This document shows, piece after piece, positions 54,261 to 64,000 of a stretch of 64,000 nucleotides of DNA. The DNA is from the human T2T-CHM13v2.0 reference genome, Homo sapiens. The notes under the pieces were generated by a model. The model saw only the letters and a program-made list of their open reading frames with translations, had not been told where the DNA came from and did no database searches. A program made the position numbers and the translations under genes. Each line of letters opens with the position of its first letter. Position 1 is the first letter of the stretch. The DNA lies in the NCBI RefSeq assembly GCF_009914755.1, contig NC_060925.1; one strand, 5' to 3'.

Positions 54261-54484
54261 CACCTTATTTCAGGTCTCACCATACCTGCACCTTTTCTGA
54301 GAAGATTTCCTTAACTCGCCAATTAGCTTAGGTCATCCTGCTATCTGCTGCCATTTCTGTCTTTTCACTGCCCTAACATTCATTATGTTACAATTACTTA
54401 TTTAATTACTCATTTTTAAGAGCTTGTCAGCTCCATAATGCCAGGGATGCCTGTCTTGTTCACTGCTTTATTAGGTAAGGAAAC

Positions 54485-54875
54485 TAACTAATTGATATTT
54501 ATTTGTAAATAATACAAATAAACTTCCAAATCTCAGTTACAGCACAATAAGAATGTTTCTCATTCATATCACAGTCCAATGTGGGCCCAGGATTCAAGCA
54601 CTCAAGTCTTTATCTGTGGCTAGATTTTCCTCTGCTTCTCTGAAGGGCTCCAAATTTAGCTGGTAGTTGTGGAACAAGAAAATGATCATTGGTGGGAGGT
54701 TTCCATGAACCAGACCTGAGAGTGGAGAACCTTACTTTTGTTCATATTCCATTGGCCAAAACCTAAGTCACATAATCTCAGCAAACTGCAAGGAAGGCCA
54801 GTAAATGTAGTCCAGTTGTGTGTCTAGGGAGCAAAGGAGAACATGGCTATTGGTGAACAGGAGCAATTTATGCTA
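54485..54875 (-). mobile_element. Old MLT1 (J/K-type) LTR nested in an L2
   Basis: ccaaatctcagt...attccattggccaaaac...gtcaca...aactgcaagg...aaatgtagtc; L2 sequence flanks both sides. Confidence 0.7.
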
Positions 54876-55329
54876 TGACCACTATATCTCCAGCACCAGT
54901 CATACTGCCTGACTCATAGTAGGTATTTAATAACTATTTTAATTAATTAACTCATTAATTTTCACAAGTCACACACCTAGCCTTAGGTGGAACTAGAATG
55001 CTTTAGAATTGTAGTCCCTGCTTTCTCTATCCAGGGGCTTTTCATTAGACAATGTTATCTCATTTGTACACACTTGGAAGAGGAAAATCTCTCAGTCTTA
55101 AAAATCCCCTTGCAAGAAACAATCTCAACCAAGGAAGTTATTTCATAAAAAAACTCAACCAAGGAAGTTATTTGTACTGAGCAGGCAGCTTGGTATGTGT
55201 TTTTGCCATCTTGCTACAGTTATTCATCTCTATTAGACTCTAAGCTCCTAGAAGGCAATGCATTAACCATCTGGGTATCCCAACTTCAAGCCCAGTGCCT
55301 GGCACTTCTGTAACGTTCTTTCAGCCAGC

Positions 55330-55560
55330 ATTATTGAGCATTTACTATATGTTGCACAAAGTGCTTCACATCCGTGAGCTCGTTAAATTGTCCCATGAAG
55401 TAGCAACAATAATTGTCTGTTTTTAATATATTGAAACCCAGTGCTCAGAGAGCTTGAGATAACTTGCCAAGGGTCACAGAACTAGAAAGTAGTTAAAGTA
55501 GGACACAAAGTCAAGTACCTAGGTTTTCAAAGCCCATGATCTTAATCGTTATTCCAAGAT
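55330..55560 (-). mobile_element. MIR
   Basis: ttattgagcatttactatatg...gctcagagag...taacttgccaagggtcacagaactagaaagt. Confidence 0.75.
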
Positions 55561-57448
55561 GCCTTTCGCGTGCATGCTGTTTAAGTTGAATGGAAATTGG
55601 CCATGGGCATCAGAGCTGAGTTGGCTGCTTTTGTGAACCTGGTCTTATTCTTGATTTCAAGATTATATGTCTCTCATTCTCTTGACAGCAGAGGATGGGC
55701 TGTACACAGCATGCCTAGCACAGAGCCTGCTGCATAGAGGATCTTCAATAAATGTGTGTCTCTGCTCTCTACAAGGTTAATGAACCACAACATAAGGAAG
55801 AAAAGGAGTAGTCAACCTGCCTATACTGGTTGGTGCAGGCTTCCCCAAGTACCCACCCACACACTGCCTTCACCTGGCCCCCTGACAAACTACTCTGCCC
55901 AGATCTCTTCTTGGTGGGTCCTAGCATCCTTTGGGAGTGAAGGACCCTTGTTTCCCTCTGTGAGATTGATGGTGGTGGTAGAGAGAAGGAACTAGAGGTT
56001 TCTGATGGAATTTTCATCTTGAAGATAAGATAGAAAGGAAGAAATATTCCTAGTGAGTCCAATTCTCTCAGGAAATAAGACAGATGTCTTTTCCTCTGGT
56101 CTTCCCCCTCCATTCTTCTGAACCCAGCTGCACCACAGCATCCCAGGTCCCTATTCTTTACAGCCTGTGGAGCTCAGAAGTAGCAGTGTTCAGATTCTAG
56201 TTCTACTATTCTGGCTTCTGGGAAGCAGAGGCTGAGGCCTAGCCTCCCAATCTCTTCTCAAATCCATCCCATAGACTGCATCAGAATGAAGAAATTCAAT
56301 TGCATGCAGGTAAACTTCTCTTAGTGCATTATTTAAATTTTTTTGGTAATCCTGAAAACGGCATTTTACCCAGGATGTGTTATCAGTGAGCTCTCTGGGC
56401 AAATAATACACTAAAAACAAAATAAATAAAATAATGTTCTTTTTGTATACATTTGGCACAAGTGAAGACCCCTTCCTGTGTGGGTGCTTAGCTGAATTAT
56501 TTTTGCCTACTGGCATTCCTGCCCCTAAAATGAGCAAGGCTGAACAGCTCGTCGAATGTGAGGAGGTCAGGCTCCATCATCTCGTGGATACATGTGGCTC
56601 TCTCTTCTCCCTCAGGTGGATGAGATGCAACTTACATAATAAAAATGGAAGCATTTCAGGCAATATGACAGAGCCATGTGTAGATGAAGAAGGATTTTCA
56701 GCACCTCTGCAGGAAACTGGAATTGGCTAATGGTTCCTCAGTATATGGAGAGAACTGATTTCATCATCCTCAGCAAAGTTTCCAGTGCTGCAGGAATTCG
56801 AGCTTTACAGCTTTGCTCCTACAATTGTCAGGAGCCTCTTGCGGGATGGCAAGTACAGAGAAGACTGAAGAAAGACATATTCCAGTCACCCCCAAGTTCA
56901 TTTCCACTTCAGGCTGAGGGCCTGCCGGCCGAGGGAAACTCTGTCTCTTCCAATTTGGTTTGAATTGAGACCATCCATCCCGGTCGAACTGCATTCCAGG
57001 CTTTTTTCTTGCTGATGTCAAAAGGCTGAATGTGGACTTCAGGACGGCTTGAGGGCTGTCTTGCCTGCTAACACTGATTTTATGATATGCTAAACATAAC
57101 ATTCAATAGCTATTACTTCCACTGTCAGAAAAACAACTTGAGCTATCTATCTTCCTCTTCAGACTATATTACATTTCTCCCTGCAAATGACAACGCATTA
57201 TAATATCTTTTATTATAATATTACTTATTTATCGCCAAAGGTTTTCCAGCATTAATGCTGAGGGCTCTCCTTCTTTATCTGCTTTTTGGTTTGTTTGTTA
57301 TGAATGTCACATTTTATTTATCAAGATAGGCTCTGTTCAGAATTTGTGGAGCCACAGTCTTCTGATTTACTTCTTATGCAAATCTGAGCTTTTATCTCAT
57401 TAGATTTCTCAGCACGTAATGAGCACAGGATGGACAAAGTGTTCTCCA

Positions 57449-57767
<319 letters not shown>

Positions 57768-60489
57768 TAAGGACCCAAAGGGAAAGCATCAGGATTTAGG
57801 ATTATGGCACTTGAATGTTGAAAATGAGTTCCTGGGGTCATCTGTGCGAGTGCCCCCCTCTCTTACGACAGGACTTTAACCTTGATAGTCCCATTTTAGC
57901 AGGAACTCTGCCAAATGAGCTCCTGTAATAGTTCTTGGTGTCTTGTTCCACAGTTTAGCAGCCTTCCTTCTGAGAAACTCTTCCTCCACATCCCCCTCTA
58001 AATTAAAGCTATTTCCTTAAGTCCAGTAAAAAATGTGATATTCTACTGAGACATTGTTTCTCTAAGAAGGATACTGGAAACCCCAATATAGAAAATCTCT
58101 TAAATGGCATACACACTTGGAGGCAGTTATTTGTTTTACAATAAAAACAAAAACCTAAAATCATGCTTCCTTGAAGAATATCTTCCTTAGTTCTCTTAAG
58201 TGACTGTGTATACATCATTAATGAATAGACAGAAAAGCTTTTTTGTTTTTTCTTTTCCCTCTGTTGGGATTAGGTAGATGTGCAGACAGAGAAGATAAAT
58301 TAAAGTGCCAGCAAACTAATGTTTACTGAAAGTTTGACAGAATTGCTGATATGGTCCTTGGAAAAAATAGAGATATCCTTACATTGATACACTGGTATAA
58401 AAACATCAATTTGCATTCCACTTTTCTGGAAAGAAATGGGGTTCAATTGTACTTGAGAGTGAACCTTTGCCTTAAATTTCTCTAGAAATTTCTCTAGCAC
58501 CTAAAATCTAATGGAGGCTGAGCCCCCAGTTAAGTCTGGCCTTGAACAAGTGGATAAGTGAGGGATATAGGAGTTGTTTACTCTCCTGATTTACGCTCTT
58601 TTTCCATCATAAAATGACCCCATCCTATCCTGCCTTTTCTCACCTGGGCACCCAGTACTAAAACAATGCTAACTTTTTCTGTCCTGTTCCAAAGATGATA
58701 CCTGAGAGGCTAATGGTTGATCAAAGCCTGAGGCATTACTCCCTCCCAGGCTGGCTTACATTTCAATAGCAGACTATGGGAAAGCAAAATCATTATTCAA
58801 AGAATGATACTACCATGGTGGAAATTCAGACATCACAGAGAACTGAAGGAGGATATACTTAAACTAGTGGTGGAAGCAGAGGGGACTGTCAGAAAAGGAT
58901 TTCAAATCAATCCTTATCAGGGATTCAAACCCTTCTGTCCATGAGACCACATCAAAATATCCAGTTGAGCAATCCTTCCTGCACGCCACATCTTGAGGCC
59001 CTCCCATTCTTTGGCAACATGCCAAGCACAGGACAAAGGCAAAATGCAACACCTTAGCCAATGCAGAGGAGTATGTTGAACATCCACACAGAACAAGACA
59101 CCAGGTACTTTCAGCTGTTTTCCCCAAAACAGGTGCTGATGAGATGAAAGGCTTGCCCCTGATTGGAAGACTGTGTTGGCAGGCTTGTAGTTGCCATTCT
59201 TACACCCTGGCCTGCCCACCATCCTCATAAGAAGAGAAAATGGTGCAGCTGAGAAGTTATGCCTTATCATGGTGGGGAAGAAGGAGTGGTTTCAGTGTGA
59301 CGTGGCTGACTGTAAGTTCTTGGGTACTGTCAGAAACTCATATTCCAGTCTCAGAGTCCTGCACTCTCCATTCAGCCCTTGAGCTAGCAAGGCACTGAGG
59401 ATGTTAGCAGGCTCTGTGAATTATTCACAATGCAGAGGGACTCTTCCTAGAGCAGCATAGGCTTGTTTCTGAAATACAAAATGCAAGATTGGCAAAGTAG
59501 AAAAAAAGGATATTGAGACTATATACTTTGTTAGATTTGATGGCCTTTCCTATACCTGACTCTTTGGTGTTGTGCCCGCCCCCGCAACCCCCCCAAAAAA
59601 GATGATGAATTGAAAACAAGGGCCCTATATTCAGATGAACAGTTTCCTTGAATTTCCCCCTTGCCCCATTTTCCAACAGTCCACCTTCTATCCTTTCTCC
59701 TCCTGTCTATTATAATAAGTTTGGTTGATTTGGGTAGATTTGTTATCTCAAACTACCTCTGAGTCACCTTTTTAATCTTGGAGGAAGGACAACAGATCTA
59801 GTCATCTTATTTTTGATGAGTCTTGGGCATTTCCTGCAGTGACCATGGCCACCAGATGTGTAGACTCTTCCTCCTTGACACTATTCTCTCATTGATGGGC
59901 TTAGTTCAAGATGTCTCCAAAAGACTGCACTGCTGGAAGACTGGTAATCTTTTTAGTACATTAAGGTGAAAACAATCATTTACGAGCTGTGATTTGTGAA
60001 ATGGTGCAATAACTATTTGCACATTGTTTTCTATTGACCTATAGACCCAAAAACTGAGCTCTCTGAAGCTATTGGTGAGTTCTGTGGGGATGGAGAGGAA
60101 GATCCCCCTAAATGCCTTACCCTCTTGGCATCTAAGTCCACCTGGGGTATAGCCTACCTGATTCTTTTGGATTTTTTTTTTAACCAGGTAAGTTATTTAC
60201 CCCTGTTATTTATTAGAGGTGCCTCTTGCAATGTTAAATTTGCTTCTTCAAAACCATGTAGTTGATGACTTCTAGGTGAATGAGGTTGACAGAGTATAGG
60301 GGATGTGATCACCCCAATCTACTTTATCCTCTTAGTGTCATGGCTGTCAGCAAACTTTTTTTAGGGTCAAGTCCCAAGGGAGAAAATCAATGAAATGGTC
60401 TCTACCCTGGTCCAAATAACTCCAGATCCCATTTATCTCCCTTTCCAAGTACCTGCTTCCCCAAGTAACTAATTGGGATGGGATTTTTT

Positions 60490-61190
60490 TGATACCCATC
60501 TCTCTTTCTGCTGCCACAGATTCAATTCATGCTTTCAATATATATACATATATTTGCCTGGATGACTAAAAGAGCCCCCTGGCTGTTTCCCACCCCTGCC
60601 TCCAGTCTTGCACTTCTTCAGTTCATCCTCTATAATTTAGGCACAACAACTGTTCCAAAATGTGAATCTGATCATTTCCGTTTCTTGCTTAAAATTCTCT
60701 TCATTTATCTTAGGATAAAATCTAAGTTCTTAGCAAGCCGCAAAAGACCCTTTATGGGTCCCGATCTCACATTTTACCATCATCCCCATTGGAATTATAT
60801 GCTACTGAGAGCACCCATCCCTCACCAGGGATTCCTTTCACATGCACTCCCACCTTTTTGGAATATTCTCTCTGAAATCATCTAGTCTTTTTTGGTTAAC
60901 TTCTATTCACCCTTTAGGATTCACCTGAGAGATTTCCTTTATCTTGAGGCCATTTATAGTTAACTGCTATGGATTAGGTTAGAGCTAGGTATCCATTCTG
61001 GGGGTGCCCAACAACCTTCGGGTTTGTTTCTGACAGAGCAGTACCTCCCTTTGTTTATGTTTTCTGTTTGCTTGCCTTTTTGTCTACAGACATTAAGTTC
61101 TTGAGGTAAAGACTGTGTCTTAGTCATCTTTCTAACTTGGGTACTTGATCAATAGACTAGAAGATTAGCAAATACTGGGTGAATAAATGC
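60490..61190 (+). mobile_element. L2 fragment ending at its 3' terminus
   Basis: aatctgatcat...ttgcttaaaa...ttaggataaaatctaa...gactgtgtctta...aaatactgggtgaataaatg. Confidence 0.75.
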
Positions 61191-61511
61191 CTGACCTATG
61201 TCAATATAGACTAATTGCACCCAATTAAGTTCCTCCCTCCCTTGCTTCCTTCCTTCTTCCATTCTTCTTTTCTTCCTTTCCTCCTTCCTCCTACCCCTCT
61301 TTATTTCTCTTCTCTCTCTTATGGTTTGGAAGGTTTTTTGTTGTTGTTGTTGTTGTTGTTGTTGTTTTTCAGTCCTACATATGGTGTTACACCGGGCTTA
61401 TCAATGGATCATTTTTTGGATGAATGTCATCCCTGATATTTCTTCCAGGTAACCCTGGTCAGAGTTAGAGCCCTTTCACTGCCTCCTCCTAGATTTTTCT
61501 TCTCTTATCAT

Positions 61512-61514
<3 letters not shown>

Positions 61515-61553
<39 letters not shown>
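61515..61553. repeat. (CA)n microsatellite
   Basis: Directly visible. Confidence 0.95.
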
Positions 61554-61555
<2 letters not shown>

Positions 61556-62102
61556 CACACACATATGTACATGGGGATTCCACAGGGGAATATATATATA
61601 AATAAATATATATGTATTTATTATACATGGCCATGAGTATTATCAAACAACTGGCACAATACAGAAAGATGGTTACCAGCTTCTAAATCAAAGACTCTTA
61701 ATTTTGTACTTCACTTTCCTGTCACACACTCCTGCAAGATGCTGAACCAAAAGTGCCCTTAGAACTAGCTGGGCTCCATAGAAGAACATAATATATGTTA
61801 TGTATGTATTATGCACATACACATATCTGCTACATATATTATGTATAGATATACAGACACACAAACATACATATATATATATACGTACACATATATCTAT
61901 GTTAATATCATATCATGGCCAAGATAGTCCTGTTCTCTGTCACATTTGCTTCCAGTGGAGTTGGCGCAAAGCAGTGAAGATAAGGGATAGAGGAGTAGAA
62001 ATGAGCCCCAAATGCTACATTCCTTAGGTAGAGTCTAGTAGGGTTCCATTATTTCCTCTCTCAATTCCCGTTACCTCTGATACTGGGACATCCCCAGAGT
62101 CT

Positions 62103-62490
62103 TTGGTAGTCATTAGCATTGTCCATTAAATATTTTCCAGATGCATGATAGGACTTCATTTACTTGCCTAAATAGAAGCAAAAGGGCCACTTTCAGACAG
62201 ATGCTCCTAGAGCAGAGATGTGATTCACCACTCTCAGAAAGCAGCTGCTCCATCAGCTTGGTCCCAGAGTGAGGACAATGATGAGCAAGCAATGACGAAC
62301 AGGAAGGGAGGAAGGGACTAGCTTAATTGGGTGCAATTAGCCTACATTGACATAGGTCAGGCATTTATTCACCTACCGTCTTGTACTGCCATGCACTAGG
62401 GTTGTGAGATGGAGCTTCATTATGTTAAGTCACTAAGATTTGCAGGTTATTGGTTACCACAACATAATCTAGTCTTCCTCGACTGATGCA
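62103..62490 (+). mobile_element. MLT1I/H-type LTR with a foreign insert at ~62300-62400
   Basis: tggtagtcat...gctgctccatcagcttggtcccagagtgag...ttaagtcactaagattt...gttaccacaacataatctagt...gactgat. Confidence 0.7.
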
Positions 62491-62589
62491 GAGCCACTGA
62501 AATCGAGTTTTCTCCTCACTAAATCCTCCGGGTGGGGATTCCACAGGGAAAGGTGGCCATGATATGATATTAACATAGATATATGTACA

Positions 62590-62653
62590 TATGTGTATGT
62601 GTTTGTGTGTGATTACATATATATGTGTGCGTGTGCGTGTGTGTGTGTATGTG

Positions 62654-62700
<47 letters not shown>
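62590..62700. repeat. Compound (TG)n / (TA)21 microsatellite
   Basis: Directly visible. Confidence 0.95.
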
Positions 62701-62702
<2 letters not shown>

Positions 62703-62767
62703 CCCTGCTGCTCCTGCTGCCCTGAGCTAACCTCTGTGGGTGGGGAGACATGGTTCTTCATCCTTAC

Positions 62768-62956
62768 CTGATTTGTTCCTGACACTCTTATCAGTTGGAG
62801 CTTGAACCATTGCTTCGCCACCATGTACACCACTTCCTTTGGGGAACTGCTCCTGCCTCACCAGCCTTGAATGCAGGCAGGCTTCCTGCGGCATGAAGAA
62901 AGTCCATCTGCAGTAGAAGTGGGTGCTGTCAACATACACAGCAGCAGAAACAAGAG
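62768..62956 (-). other. Candidate non-coding exon
   Basis: Acceptor tctctctttccatag (alternative ttctactgcag, exon start 62907) and donor CAG|GTAAGG; no recognisable protein in any frame. Confidence 0.3.
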
Positions 62957-64000
62957 CTATGGAAAGAGAGAAACCTGACAGTTTTGTGAGCTAAGAAATC
63001 TCTCCCGGTTCTTAAACTCATCTCAGGTGTTTATCTAACAGTCGTAACAGAAATAATTCTTACTAATTCATCCAGCAATATTAAATCTTCTCTCTCTGAG
63101 TGATCCTGCTTTCCCATTTTTCTTCCCTTTATGCTATGGTGGCAAGTACACAAGTGACTCCAGGTCCTTGGTCGAGATCTTCTTGGTAAACAGGCACTCA
63201 GCTCTGAGAGCCTCAGGGCTATGCAATCATTAAATTCTCTTAGCCAGAAGTCAGATAGACACGCGCTTCAACTTCCTGAACACAGCTGGAACCAAAGTAA
63301 GTAAAAAGACCTATAAGCAGATAAAATGCAGTCCATACAACTCATACTCAACCTCTTGAATATTACTCTAAGGATTATCTATTCATAAAACCTCAGAGTT
63401 AATTTCCTCTCATTGTACTTAAGATGATAATACTTTCTCAATTTTCTTCTACCTTGGAATATAAGTAGTCAATTCAAAAGGATGGGGAGGGAGTGCTTTT
63501 CCTCTCAGTGGTGGAAAGTGACACTGGCTAGTCCATCAAAGAAGAGTCAGAAAAACTACAAATGACAAGCTAAATGCTTCAAGACTGGGGCCATAAGATG
63601 TTAGAAAAACAGTGTTTTATATAACTAACACCTTCTGTATCTCACTGAACATCATTGCTTTTACAGCTCCGTGCACAAGAAGACGCTACTAGTGGTGACC
63701 CTAAGTCAATATAATGTTAAATTCTGTTTGGGATATTTGGTTTATTAAGGCAGGGGGCTGTTTAAGTTAATTAAAAAATATGATATGATGAATTGTTTCA
63801 AATGCTTGGCATTCAAGAAGTTAAATCCCCATTTTTTTCCTTGGCAAATTTATTTATGTAGAACAGTCTTTCTTTGATAGTGCTGAGTCCATGAAGTGAA
63901 CTGTATTGTTTATCAATATAAATAATTTACAGTACGGACATATTTATCTTGTTTGTGTGCACACTGTTTAGTATGAGATAATGTTTGTGGATGTGTTTTG

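Overview
Primate, almost certainly human, non-coding genomic DNA of moderate GC content with no full CpG island. The species call rests on an intact AluYa5 carrying all five diagnostic bases. I see no supportable protein-coding exon; the ORF-track entries are Alu, microsatellite or random frames. The window is dense in old mammalian repeats (MIR, L2, L3/CR1, L1M, MLT1, MER5/20/44/45, MADE1) and holds ten Alus and many microsatellites. A CpG-retaining, promoter-like segment at ~0.4-2.3 kb and a few well-formed minus-strand splice-site pairs suggest an intron or upstream region of a large gene or lncRNA, which I cannot name. The most unusual thing visible is a cluster of short, near-identical local copies (24-115 bp, 0.6-3.6 kb apart, direct and inverted) at 27-29 kb, 32-34 kb, 50-54 kb and 61-63 kb. 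Several span TE/flank junctions or interrupt older TEs, which fits replication or repair template switching. I found no evidence of a novel gene system. Old-repeat boundaries and subfamily names come from recalled consensus sequences and are approximate.
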